A model generated the notes under the pieces. The model was given only the letters and a program-made list of their open reading frames with translations. It did no database searches and was not told the DNA's origin. The translations under genes and the position numbers were made by a program. From positions 111,290,001 to 111,354,000 of the forward strand of contig NC_042998.1 in NCBI RefSeq assembly GCF_006345805.1: a DNA stretch of 64,000 bases. The letters are read 5' to 3'. Every line of letters begins with the position of its first letter. Position 1 is the stretch's first letter. The stretch is from Octopus sinensis. Taxonomy: Eukaryota. Shown piece by piece: positions 13,940-28,261 of this stretch.

Positions 13940-14689
13940 ATGACAACGACCCATGGAAGAATTTAATGGCGTATCAGGAAAAATGCATTTACGCCCTTTA
14001 CGTTAAGAATGTCAAATTCCATTTTATGCGATTAGTCTTTTAAACCAATGCACTCAAGACAATAATAACAGCAAGTTTTGATATGAAATCAATCGATTAT
14101 ATCCTATTCCCTACTTTTTTTTATCATGTGCCGCTATAAGAAATCAGTGATGCATATACCGACTTTATAGTTTCTCTCGGCTCCTGCTTTCTCTGTATTT
14201 ACATTTCTATACTTTCACGTCATTCTTTACCAATAAATAGTCTTTATTTTCTTGGCTTTTGTCATTAAATCGTGTTTATTTCTGTGATAATCAAAATATT
14301 CACACTTTAACGGTCTCTCTCTTATTTCTTGGATACTTTACGTTATGTCTTCTTAACTGCTAGCTTCTTCCATCGTTATCTTCAGTTGTTCAACCACCAA
14401 GCTACTCAATTTACGCAATATCCCATGGAATCAGACTCTTCATGATTGCCATTAATTTCTATCTTCCTATTAATAAACTATAACTTCTATTCTGGCCTCC
14501 TACTTCTGTATGTCATTTTCAATTGTTTATTCTTATTATTAGTGTTTTGAATTACAAGAGCACATTTTTTCCCATCTTTAAGTGAATTCGAAACAACAAC
14601 GAAAGCAAAATAGATCAAAATCAAGATAATCACAAACATCAAACATTAAGAGTTTTACTGCAAATATGCCTTACATTATTTTTGTAGAT

Positions 14690-15125
14690 GAAATAACTTA
14701 AATTACACCCTACTGTGCTAGAGCAGAAATAATACATTCGGCAATACTCTCCTAGGTAGTCAAAAAGACAGAATGATCAAGACAAAAATGCCTGTGAGCA
14801 CGGGTCTACAAAGATAGCTGAGAAACAGATGAGCCAATGAGAGTTGGACAACGCAATCCTAGACTGGTTACATTCAGTAAAAAACGAGTAGATCATGACC
14901 GGAATGCCTTTATTTTCTGACTGTCTACTCAACCAGTACACGCTAGAAGATTGTCAAACCTTCATCAAATTATATCCTACCGTTTTGAATAAAGTAATGC
15001 GTTGAATAATCTAGTAGTGAATATAATATCTCTGTCAAAATGACATGAAGTTCGTGGTGGAAATCCTTTATATCATTTGATACCCGATCAAAGTAAGTCG
15101 GTGGCTAAACAACAACATCAACTGT
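14690..15125 (+). mobile_element. Decayed copies of a SINE-like repeat (also at ~17385-17610 +, ~32310-32500 -, ~44150-44360 -, ~44540-45190 + interrupted)
   Basis: Recurrent motifs aaattacaccctactgt, ggatggtcatg(g/a)c.ggaat(g/a)cctt and ggctaaacaacaac. Confidence 0.55.
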
Positions 15126-16504
15126 AGAGTGTATTTGGCAACAAATACATTCGCAGCTGCTGATATTTCACTGATTCGCTGCAAGATTAAAAATTCTCTG
15201 GAAGTTGAAAGCATTAATATTTTAGTATTTCACAGTAACCTACATTCAGTAAAAGATATCCAGAGGGTATATCGCGCGATGCCAACAATGAATAATTAAC
15301 AATTTGTTGTAAACATTGATAATGTAGCTCACTTTTAAACCCAGATTGCTGATCGGATTTTTTTCCAATTTCATTACATTCTTTTAAAATCAAAACTGAA
15401 AGGAAATCAATAAAGTACTATTCCTATTTTCACTATTGTAAGGGAGGTAGATTGGAAGAATCGCTATAGCATCGAGTAAAATGTCACTTTAATTTCGAAT
15501 TCAACTGAAGTCAATAAAATAAACTACCAATAAGACGAATTACCAATCAAATACTAAATTCACTTTAATCCCCCACCAAAATCGTGAACTTTTGTAATTG
15601 TGAACATTTTTGCTTTTAATTGTGTTTATCTCCAGGTCAAGACTCATAAAGCAAATCTAATATCAAATGAACTTCAACATGTGAACAACCCGACTTTTAG
15701 AGAAATATGCTTTGGTATTTAACAGAATAATGCTAAATATATCGTTATAATTACTAAGGGAAATTGGGCAAGTTGCTATCCGCACGATAAATTACAACCA
15801 AGTTAGTGCAGAAATAACTTGTGCAGACAGAAAACAAAACATGATTAATTAATGATGTTAATGTGAGGAGGTAAAGGAAATGTCAGTTCAGTAACAAATT
15901 ATTTTAATTTGCTTCTCTTGATTACAGGAGACAACTCGCGACATAATTTAATCTTGTTACACGTTGTCTAGAAATTATATCCTTTTCCTTACTTACCAAA
16001 TTATTGATAAGTGCATCATTATATTGATGTACAATAATGAGTATTAGTAGGTTTCAGAAATAATCAAAATGATTCAAGAAGATTATGAAGAGACGCCATT
16101 TGCGGAAAGAGGCAAGAGTCAAGTAACATGTGAACAGTGGAAGATTACTTAAATGGTCATGACTTAGTGAAAATCTTTAGATTGTTACAGCGTAAGGTTA
16201 ACATGCCCAGAGAAAAAGAAACCACAAAAGACGTCTAATAAATTAAATAAGAGACATTTTTCTGAGTTGTCAATGTTTTGTTCAAGATCAAACTCATCTG
16301 CAACTACATTTCATAATTTAAATGAATGCTTCAGGGATATCTCCCTTGCTTTTGCTTATGAGAATAGATAAGATATACATTCTTCCACCATTACAATTTA
16401 AATTTGAATTAATTTAAATTTCTTGAGATGTTGTGCAATAGGTACCCCAGATTGTTTACCTAACCTTCTAATCGTTATCATAGTTGTTTGTTCAACATAG
16501 ATGT

Positions 16505-16672
16505 GGGGGGAGAGAGAGGGGAAGGCAAGAGAGAGAGAGAGAGGGCAAGAGAGAGGGAGAGGCCAAGAGAAAGGGAGAGAACAAGAGAGAGGGACAGGGC
16601 AAGAGAGACGGACAGGACAAGAGAAAAGGAGAGAGCAAGAGAAAAGGAGAGGGCAAGAGAGACGGGGAAGGA
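16505..16672. repeat. Purine-rich ~18-bp minisatellite (GGGCAAGAGAGAGGGAGA-like)
   Basis: CAAGAGA recurs every ~18 bp about eight times. Confidence 0.85.
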
Positions 16673-18012
16673 GGCATATTCCACTAGTTTGCAGCAACGG
16701 TAATAGACCTAACTTGACACTTTCGAACGTCTTACTAACTTTCTTAAGATTCGGCTAAATTTTGTTATGTTGATACTGAAAAAAAAACAGCCTGTAACTG
16801 AATACAGAATTCGTGTAAAGTTATTGAATTCATGGTGCCTAACTGATGGGTCTCATGAGAAAAAGCATTTCAATGTTAACTATTCCATCCTTTTTATATC
16901 TTGTATTCATTGTCCGAAGTAGCCTGTTTTAAGATATTAGTGTGTAATGTCTGGGATATGAAGCTGTTATTTCGAACAGGTTCAGTAAATGCTTAGGAGC
17001 CTCCGCATTGGGTTGTGAGGCTTAGACTATATTAGTGTTAAGTTAAGAACTGTTATTAATTTACTAAAGCAATGAAATTAAAAATTTCTTAAATGAAGTA
17101 TTTGTATTAGACAAAAGGGGATTGGCAAATTGTTCCTCTCGACTACAGAAAAAAACACAAAGCTTTCTGGGAAATTGAAATTCAATGTTGAACCATTTCA
17201 AAGACAAATTAAGATGCCAGTGAAGTGTCATATAGTTCCAGGACAATGAGCTTCGTTTTCTCTTCTGTATTGATAAGTAGTCGTAATCGTGTTACGATAA
17301 TGGTCTAGCAAAGATCTGACGTTGAAGCTAACGTCCAGAAAGTAATATTTTTAATTAGAATATTTTAGTTCCGCTTATTGACACAACATGAATGAAGGCG
17401 CTGCTGCATGATCGCGTGACCTGCTAGAAATTACAGCGAAATATTCTTAAAATTACACCTTATTGTCTTAAAAAAACCAATACCATACATTTTATAATAT
17501 GGTCGAAGATACACTGGATAATTAAAAAGGATGGTCATGGACGGAATACCTTTTATTCTGGATCTAATTGATTAGAGCTTATTTTGTCTAAACAATACCA
17601 ACAATAACATACATAGCGTGGTTGGATTAAGCAAAGTTGACCTTTTAAAAAGAATTTCTATTAAGACAACTGTTCTATCCTTACCTGTTTCTTTCCAGTA
17701 TTGACCAGCGTCTGTTGCGAATGGAGCACAACAATATCACTCTAACTGGTATAGGAAGACATAAAAAGGCCAAAGTCATTGCCAGTTCTTTTCCTGTCTA
17801 ACTTTTTTCTTAATTTCATTTTATGAAGAGAAACAGTAAAAGAAATTGCTTGTTTGGAAACGTTGCCAACTTACCAAACAAATGCAAACTGCCCATATAA
17901 CTTAAATGCAACTTCCCTAATAAAAACAATGTTTCATTTCTTTCTAGAAATTTTCCTGTAATTTTTAAAAGCCAACTCACACATATATACTTAGGAATGC
18001 AATTACACACAA

Positions 18013-18047
<35 letters not shown>

Positions 18048-19561
18048 CATACATACATACGTACACATATATACATACACACACACACATATATATATAT
18101 ATACATATATATACATACATATATATATACATATACATACATGTACATACGTATATATATATATATATATATACGCACGCACACACGCACACACTCATAC
18201 TTGTTGACGAACACGTACTGGTTTGTGTACAGGCCCAAACACATATACACGTACACAAGGTTAAATACATATTTACATAGAATATGACATTAAAGCTTCA
18301 AATTTATTCTTGTTTTATATTTCTTCTAGACAAATGTATTAAAATATCCTGAACGCGCAAATATGCATTTGTGTGCGTACATACAAACATATGTGTTTAT
18401 GTGTAAGCATGTGGGTTGGCATGTGCTTATGCTAAGTTGTACAAGTATATTTAAAATGTATGTTTAGCATAGGACAAATATATTTACCGAATACATACAC
18501 ATACGAATTCATTAAATAAACATAATCTAAAATGTTTTATCTATCTGTACATGTCAATAAAAGATATATGCTTAACACTAAAGCAGTGGATTCTATGTTG
18601 GAGTTAAAATATTTAGTAATCAAACCTCTAGCAAGTATTGTTATTGCGATGCTCTTCAATGGCATTTGATATTTATATCGGAAAGTTTTCAACTAGACAT
18701 GTCTCCTACATCACGTATATCTCAATGACTACGGTACTGCTTTTGTGCAAAGATAAACTTATTATAAATAAACAACACGATATAAAATTTTTTCATAAGT
18801 CATGCTTTTAGCTTAGCACATTCGATACTATAACATTGCGAAAGACCATCTTCTCTGTTCGACACTTAGCTCCGTAGCACAGACGTATTTAAACTTCACT
18901 TGCAGGGTATGTGTGAGACTTGCTGCGTTGCGATAATGAAACATCTAATTATATATTGACATTTGTTGCTTTCAAGGGTGTCATAATAAATTACAACACC
19001 TTAATTACAAAGTACGTGTGAAACTTCTATTTCGGAAAACTATTCTGCTCATTAATAGTATGCGAAGATCATTGAGATAAAGGTGCAAAATCCACCGAAT
19101 TTCAAACTTTTGCTTTTCTTGAAAAACATTCGCAGAATCACCTACAACATTTAGATTAACCTTTGCATGGGAAATTCAATTTCCTAAAAATAAGCAGGAG
19201 GATTATTTTAAAATATAAGTAGTCGAAAAGAATATGATAGACATTACCATGAACTATATAAAATCAACATTCGACATCAATCCAAGTCTTGAAATCTGCA
19301 TCCACCAATAACTATAGCAACATAATAGGAAAGCAGAATCAACTTTCGAGTCGCTGACTTTTTTCTGATAATTTGTCCTTGTCTGGAAACTTTTCTACAA
19401 TCATTTTCTAATTTGTACTTTACAGTTTACTTATGTAGGGCGAAATATGTTTTCCTTTTCATCTGTCTTCATTATATTTTTCAGGTTTCTTTATATTATT
19501 ATTCAGTCATTTTCTTCATGGTACACTAACTAATCAAGAAGAATGTATTGATAGATAGATA

Positions 19562-19598
<37 letters not shown>

Positions 19599-19609
19599 AT
19601 ATATTATAT

Positions 19610-19641
<32 letters not shown>

Positions 19642-19682
19642 AATTGATCAAAATAAAATAAAAACATGATGCGAAGGATTCA

Positions 19683-19760
19683 GCGGTACATATGTTTCGG
19701 GCCTTTATTAGACAGATTTATAACAATGCATAATGTATGTCTGTGGCCTTCTTCAGCCGC
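19683..19760 (-). ncRNA. Type I hammerhead ribozyme in PLE 3' pseudo-LTR
   Basis: Reverse complement: GCGG-CTGAAGA-AGGCC...GGCCC-GAAAC-ATAT-GTA-CCGC. Palindromic ACATATGT stem-loop III. Confidence 0.8.
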
Positions 19761-21675
19761 GCACAACAGCTTCCACAAGGACATGTGTTACATCAAAAAT
19801 TCTTGGTTGGGGATGCAAATCCTCTCATCCACGTACGACATAATGCGGCAGCAGCATAGAATTGAAGCGTCCATCTCTTTCTTCTCTCAATGTAGAATGA
19901 GGAAAATTGGATGTTGAGGTAATGTAAATAAATAAATACATATATAGAGGTGAAGATGGAGGGGCGAGAGTTCGGGACGAGGGATAAAAATGTATAAAAA
20001 GTGTAAGTATAGAATAATATAAAAATGTAGAGGATAAAGATATAAAGAGTTGTAAGGAGATGTAAAGGGGGTATAAAGAAATATAAAGAAATATAAATAA
20101 ATGTAAAGGCATAAGGTTATAAAGTAAAAATAGAAATAGAAATAAAAGTAAAAAAACCTGATAAAACCATGATAAAAGTGTAAAAGAATGTAAAGATAAG
20201 GGATGTATAGAGGTTACGGACCAAGCATGGTGGTCAGGAGATTGATAAAATTTAGTTGTAGAATTGACAGTAAATCAACAGTTTCGTCTGGGGACTTAAT
20301 GCGTTGTAAATCAGAGCTGATGAGCATTTAATCTGGTTCCTTGAATTAAATGGACTTCTAGTACATACATATCATCATGGATACATACACCCACATACAC
20401 GCGTACATATACGCCTCCAAGCCTATAAGCATACACACGCACTCGCGCGTAAACACGTACATAAACACACACGCACCCACACGCACGCGCGTACACACAC
20501 ATACATACAACAGAATATCCGCATATATACACGGACATTACGCGCGTACACGCTCACATGTATATACGCGCGCCCATCACTACATACACACACGTATATG
20601 CCCACGCCTCTAGGTCCAGGTATAAGATATTAAAGGATGTGTATAAGAACGTAAGTATAGAATCCCGTACTCATGTCAACATGTGCACGCACACACGGCT
20701 GTGTGTCCGTATGTGCGTGCACATATACACTCATATACACACACAGAGAGACACACGCGCACACGGGTATAGCTATAAGATATCGAAGTATGCATGTACA
20801 TATATGAGCGTGCATATGTATGTGTGCGTACACACACGTACGCGGACGCTCGTATATTCAAAAGGTGGATCCATAGGTAAGTAAATAAACATATATAGAG
20901 GTGTAAAGCGATAAGTTAGGGGTAAGAATGAGGGTAAGGGTAAAGATTAGAAATAAAAAATACAGTATAAAATAAGAAATACAATGTAATAGTTAGAAAT
21001 GAAGTATAAGAATTATAAAAATTATAAGGGTTAAGGTAAGGGATGAAAATGAAAATGAGAATAAATGGAAGTAGAATAAAAGTAAAAATAAAATTAAAAA
21101 TAAAAATAAATGGAAGTAGGATAAAAGTAAAAATAAAAGTAAAAATAAAAATAAAATAAAATAAGATAAAATAAGATAAAATAAGATAAAATAAAATAAA
21201 ATAAAATAAAATAAAATAAAATAAAATAAAATAAAATAAGATAAAATAAAATAAGATAAAATAAAATAAAATAAAATGAAATAAAATAAAAAAAGATAAA
21301 AATATAATTTTGTAAAGTTTAACATGAGATGAAGGTGGTTGAAAGTTAGAGGTGTGTGTTAAACGTAGGGGCGGGCGGGGGGAACTGAAAATTGGAAGGG
21401 TGGGAAGTGGAGTTTGGCGGTGTGCGTTCAACATCTGAGTTAGAAATGTGAAAGGGTATAGATGTAGGGAATTAAAGAGACTACATAGGGAGGATATGGG
21501 TGTAGGAGAAGAAATATTTAGGGAAAAGAAGTCATATATGGGAGACAAAATTTGTATATATAGGGGGAAAATGCAGGGAACCGTATATGCACATACACAC
21601 ACCACACACACACACACACGCACATGTATATATATATGTATGTGTACACATACGTACACGTATGTGCACATACAT

Positions 21676-21713
<38 letters not shown>

Positions 21714-21814
21714 ACACACACACATACACACGCACATATAGGAAAGCGGGATGTGCTGGAGCCGACAGGTTGCACCGGGTGGGAGGAAATTGCATGGGGG
21801 AGTTGGTATAAGAC

Positions 21815-22631
21815 CTAAGCATTGTAGTATTTGAAAGTATTAATAAGTTTATGTATACAGGATGTTTTGAACTCTGACCTTTTGTTAATAAGATTGTGTT
21901 TGTCTTTGAATTTCAAGATGTTCAGGAGTTCTACACAGCATAGTTGGCATCCTGCTCTATTATTTAAATAAGGTGCAGCTGATCCGATGATGGACCATCT
22001 GAGTTTGAAGTCTATGCATTTGTCTTTTAATTCCCAAATTCTTTTAGAGAGGGAGGTGCTGTTAGCCTTATGTCTGTGTCTCAGCGAGGACCGGTGGTTG
22101 TAGTATCTGGATTTCCAGGAGGTTGAGCAACCAATATAGGTGAGTGTGTTAAACTGAGTACTCACCTCACATGAGTATATTACGTTTTTCGCCCTACATG
22201 CGCCCTGCAGCGGGCACTCTGATGCACATCTGCAGTTGCATTGCATTGCATTATTCGGTCGTGTGCTGCTAATCCCAGGCGGAGGTGTTGCAATACAAGT
22301 GGGGGCGTTGGTATCCTCCTGGTTGTTGATGGGTGTAGTATTTCCTCTGTTGTGTTGGCGGGTGTTATTACTAACTGTTTGGGTAGTATGGCTGCCAGTC
22401 TGGTTATATTGTCTACTGTCTAGATGAGGGGGGTTCTGTTGGTCGCTATGGTTTGCTCTTGATCTAGCTGTTCTAATATTAATATAGTTATGTTTAGCTA
22501 TGAGGCAGCTCATGTTGGGCAGGGTAGAGTAGGAAATCCTAATAGTTTTGTTGGAGAAGATACTTCTATACTTGTGGGTGGGTGGGAAGTTGTTAAAAAT
22601 TATAGAGAATATTCTCTTACATAACTTACCC
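21815..22631 (-). CDS. Penelope-like ORF C-terminus: RT thumb/linker plus GIY-YIG endonuclease (5'-truncated, RT core absent)
   Basis: NNFPPTHKYRSIFSNKTIRISYSTLPNM; CNCRCASECPLQGAC; NVIYSC...TYIGCS; RYYNHRSS; TSLSKRIWELK; CQLCCVE; LINKRSEFKTSCIH. Confidence 0.92.
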
Positions 22632-23406
22632 CTCGTGTATATATGCGGATATTCTGTTGTATGTATGTGTGTGTACGCGCGTGCGTGTGGGTGCGTGTGT
22701 GTTTATGTACGTGTTTACGCGCGAGTGCGTGTGTATGCTTATAGGCTTGGAGGCGTATATGTACGCGTGTATGTGGGTGTATGTATCCATGATGATATGT
22801 ATGTACTAGAAGTCCATTTAATTCAAGGAACCAGATTAAATGCTCATCAGCTCTGATTTACAACGCATTAAGTCCCCAGACGAACTGTTGATTTACTGAC
22901 AATTCTACAACTAAATTTTATCAATCTCCTGACCACCATGCTTGGTCCGTAACCTCTATACATCCCTTATCTTTACATTCTTTTACACTTTTATCATGGT
23001 TTTATCAGGTTTTTTTACTTTTATTTCTATTTCTATTTTTACTTTATAACCTTATGCCTTTACATTTATTTATATTTCTTTATATTTCTTTATACCCCCT
23101 TTACATCTCCTTACAACTCTTTATATCTTTATCCTCTACATTTTTATATTATTCTATACTTACACTTTTTATACATTTTTTATCCCTCGTCCCGAACTCT
23201 CGCCCCTCCATCTTCACCTCTATATATGTATTTATTTATTTACATTACCTCAACATCCAATTTTCCTCATTCTACATTGAGAGAAGAAAGAGATGGACGC
23301 TTCAATTCTATGCTGCTGCCGCATAATGTCGTACGTGAATGAGAGGATTTGCATCCCCAACCAAGAATTTTTGATGTAACACATGTCCTTGTGGAAGCTG
23401 TTGTGC

Positions 23407-23484
23407 GCGGCTGAAGAAGGCCACAGACATACATTATGCATTGTTATAAATCTGTCTAATAAAGGCCCGAAACATATGTACCGC
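23407..23484 (+). ncRNA. Type I hammerhead ribozyme in the inverted PLE pseudo-LTR
   Basis: GCGG CTGAAGA AGGCC ACAGA...TCTGT...GGCCC GAAAC ATAT GTA|CCGC. Confidence 0.8.
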
Positions 23485-23630
23485 TGAATCCTTCGCATCA
23501 TGTTTTTATTTTATTTTGATCAATTTACTCCACCACCTACACCACCAAACGGTATACACAGGTGCTTATAATTATCAAGTACTCACCCCGAATTTCTATA
23601 TATATATATGTATATATATATGTATATATA

Positions 23631-23666
<36 letters not shown>

Positions 23667-23682
23667 TATATATATATATATG

Positions 23683-23750
<68 letters not shown>

Positions 23751-24226
23751 GTATGTATATATATATATACGTGTGTATACATATTCCGTTGCATAAATTC
23801 ATTCTGTTGCAGAATGAATTTTGGGAAAAAATTTATACCTAAAGCCTACTAGAATTTAGGATGGCAGTGGAAAATAATGAGAATGGGGACCAAGAAAAAG
23901 GATTGGTGATATAGCTTCATTTGTATTTATCTTTATCACATTTAATGCAGCCTGTTGACAACAACCCCTTAGAGTTAAATCCATTGGGAACTAACACTTA
24001 AATTCTTGGTGCTGATAAATTAATTAATGTCATACACTCTACCCGGCTCCTATTTAACTGGGACCATATATCCAGCCTTATCTACATAAAAGGAAATATC
24101 TAAGTTGCTAGCAGCAATGACAGATAGAGAAGAATTGATAACCAGAAAGAAGAAGAAGAACAGGGGTAGCTAAACATATCATAATTATCAAATAAAAGTA
24201 GATTGAGAAACAAGAGAGGCCACAGT

Positions 24227-24635
24227 GAGCTCCAAATGTGGGAATTAAAGGAGGGGGTAATGAGGTGTATCCTAACTTAGCAAAACGTATATTATATTAA
24301 AGTTTATAATTTAGAGAAGGATTTTAGACCCATGTGAAACAAAAAGTTTAGATAAATCAACCTAAACAGTAAAGTGCGGTACTTCAATATATAAGAGAAA
24401 GCTCATAAGGCCTTTTCTTTGTATATTGCTAAGGTGGTCATGCTAAAACTATTCAATAATGGACCTATACTTAAATCAAGATATTATCAGAGTAGAAGTA
24501 CATATTGAATCAAAACCAGAGATTAAAGGCTAAAAACTAAGATAAATATTTCTATATCAGGTAAACTAACTTTAAAAAAACCTTGAAAAAATATCTATAA
24601 ATAAAAATTACCAACATTAAGAAGGTATAAGAATA

Positions 24636-24668
<33 letters not shown>

Positions 24669-25623
24669 AAGGGTGAAACATTTAATATTAATTTTTGATT
24701 AATCTCAATTTAAAACCAGTGCTCTAGCATATAGAAAAATCTGAAGATTCAGAAAAATTATTTTACATAAATATAAGAGGGATGACCACTAAGAGGACAT
24801 CCATTATGCTACAAGTCGACCCCCTATGGTCTTATCACAAAGAAAGAAATGTTCTCAAGAAAATTTAGCAAACGCCAGAACGTAAGCGAGCAAGACAAAT
24901 AAAAAGATACAAAATATACAGATTAATCACAAACCCGTTTCTTGAGAATATTCCTTTTTTAGTGGTAAGACCATAGGGAGCGACTTCTAGCATAATGGAC
25001 GTAATGATAGTTTTATGTATATATTTCGTTTTGGGATTTGGTTTGCAGATTCTTTATATGAGTTCGTATGTTGAAGCATATTCAGTTGTGTCTGGAGAGA
25101 GTCATTTTCTTTCTGTGCCTTATAATTTAAAACACTCACCGTAAAATTTCCACTTATTTCTTATTTTGATTTTCCTAAAATTTTCGTTGCGACTTGCAAC
25201 CTTGTGGTATTCTTATACTTTCTTATATCATTTCATGTTTTTTTCATAATGTTGGTAATCTTTATGTATAAATATGTTTTCAAGGTTCTTCTAAATAACT
25301 TTATCTGATATAGAAATATATAGCCTTTAACCTCTGGTTTTGATTCAATATGTACTCCTATCCTGATGACTTCTTAATTTGAATAAAGGTCAATTGTTGA
25401 ATAGTTTTAGCATGATCCCTTAGCAATAGAAAAGGAAAAGGCCTTGTGGGCTTTCTATTAAAGTACCCCACTTGTAAGGGTTATGTTAATTTATCTATCC
25501 TTTTTCTCTTACATGGTTCTAAAATCTTTCTCTAAATTTTAAATTTTAATATAACATACAAAAGTTTCGTTAAGTTAGTATACGTCTCATTCCTCTCTCC
25601 TTTAATTCACACAGTTGGAACTC
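24227..25623. repeat. Diverged long inverted repeat (arms ~24227-24639 and ~25204-25623)
   Basis: For example gtacatattgaatcaaaaccagagattaaaggcta vs tagcctttaacctctggttttgattcaatatgtac. Colinear over ~400 bp with many mismatches. Confidence 0.8.
24668..25001. mobile_element. Diverged relative of the 500-bp HHR unit (TAAGGGT family), with a short fold-back
   Basis: taagggtgaaa...aatttaaaaccagtgctctagcatatagaaaaatctgaagatt aligns with 1564-1631. 24800-24862 is inverted at 24938-25001. Confidence 0.6.
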
Positions 25624-25775
25624 TTTGTAGTAAGCTTTAGGCATTCATTTTCCCCTAAGTTCATTCTGCCACAAAAATAACAAATTGAAACTATGTAATT
25701 ATTTTAGTCTCTTGTACAGATGAAATTTTGCTAAAACTTTGTTTATCCATTATGTTGGAAATCTGTAGGGTAGTC

Positions 25776-26790
<1,015 letters not shown>

Positions 26791-26792
26791 TT

Positions 26793-26865
<73 letters not shown>

Positions 26866-26953
26866 TGTATGTATGTATGTATGTATAAATATAGGTATAT
26901 ATATCTATATATTTACATATATATGTATATTTATATATATACATATATGTATG

Positions 26954-26985
<32 letters not shown>

Positions 26986-27339
26986 TAGATATATCTGCAG
27001 TTGCAGTTATCAGTTCTACGATGGTTAATTGGAGAGAGAGAGGGGGGAGAGATGAGATAGTGTTGGTAGTGGCTATCTATATATATATAAAACTGAGAAT
27101 GTTTGTCTGTCTGTGTGTTTCCCTAAAACTTGAGAACTACACAACCAATTCCATTCAAATTTTACACATGCCTTACTTAAGGTCCGGGGAGTGTCATCAG
27201 CAAAAACCAATCTTAACTTTTTCCCTAGGGCGACCCCGCAGCAATATCATATCTTCTCCACTATTTCAATATTACGTGTTAAAAGTGAAACAAAAACATC
27301 TCTCTTTTGTAATGCAGACACTTTCACTATTAAAGTGAA

Positions 27340-27476
27340 TGTATGATATAACATGGATGAACCATTAACACTGGTCATCCATTTTGCTAGAAGAAGATCC
27401 GCTATGGTCTTATATGCTACACCACAGGTTTTCAATTCATATTAATCAAATTAATATTCAATTTTTCACCCTTATT
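27340..27476 (-). mobile_element. Short TAAGGGT-family fragment
   Basis: Reverse complement taagggtgaaaaattgaatattaatttgattaatatgaattgaaaacctgtggtgtagcatat resembles 24668 and 1564. Confidence 0.55.
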
Positions 27477-28074
27477 ATGTGTGTGTGTATTAGCAATTCG
27501 TATAAAATTGCATCAATGACTTGAACTTGAATAAGTGGTTTCACATAAATGGAGATAAATTAAAAAGGTTTATGTTATTATTTGACTATTGTAATCACGT
27601 TTGTTGTTTCCTCGTCAGGGAAACATTGTTTTGTTGCATTTGTTAAATAATTGTAAACCGTAACCCTCCCCCTTTCAGAGAAGGGTCTTTGGTCATTGTT
27701 TAAAAATTGAATTGTGTCCCTGTTTGGGGAAATTGACAATATTTTCACCGTCTTTACGGCGGCATTTTTGTTAAAATGCCTTCGATAGAAGAAAGTCCAA
27801 AACTGTATTTCGCTGCAGCCATACACTTCTATACAAGAGGGAGGACAAGATCCAATTGATCGAAATTGCAAGAGACGGACCTACAATTCCAGTCTGTTAT
27901 ATATTTTGAGTATTGTTATCGCTAGCGATATCAAGATATAACTTTGTATTTTGTATTTTATGTGTAGATGTATATATATATAGATGTACATGTAATATGT
28001 ACACATATATATACACATATATACATGCATAATATATCTACCCATACACACATACGCACACACACACATACATA

Positions 28075-28200
28075 GGGGCAGGTGTGGCTGTGTGGTAACA
28101 AACTACGTTCCAAACACATAATCCTGAGTTCAGTCCCACTGTGTGGTGACTTGGCATGTGTCTTCTGCTGTAGCCACAGACCAACAATAGCCTTCTCAGT
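28075..28200 (+). mobile_element. 5' part of CORE-like SINE
   Basis: ggggcaggtgtggctgtgtggtaa...gagttcagtcccactgtgtggtgacttggc. Confidence 0.75.
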
Positions 28201-28261
28201 GATGTTGTACATATATACAGACATACATACATATATATACATGCATATGTACATATTCGGC

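Larger units (their letters stand above)
19641..23597 (-). mobile_element. 5'-truncated Penelope-like element with inverted pseudo-LTRs
   Basis: Near-identical inverted arms 19641-20533 and 22634-23526 enclose a GIY-YIG ORF. Each arm has a hammerhead. Flanked by (TA)n on both sides. Confidence 0.92.

Noticed and set aside
20317-20360. CTGATGA followed by hairpin CATTTAAT/ATTAAATG in the PLE arm
   Set aside because: No GAAA after the stem and no stem I or III, so not a hammerhead.
25170-25203. Half hammerhead on - (GTTGC-aagtc-GCAAC-GAAAATTTTA)
   Set aside because: Truncated before any CUGANGA, so it cannot be supported here.
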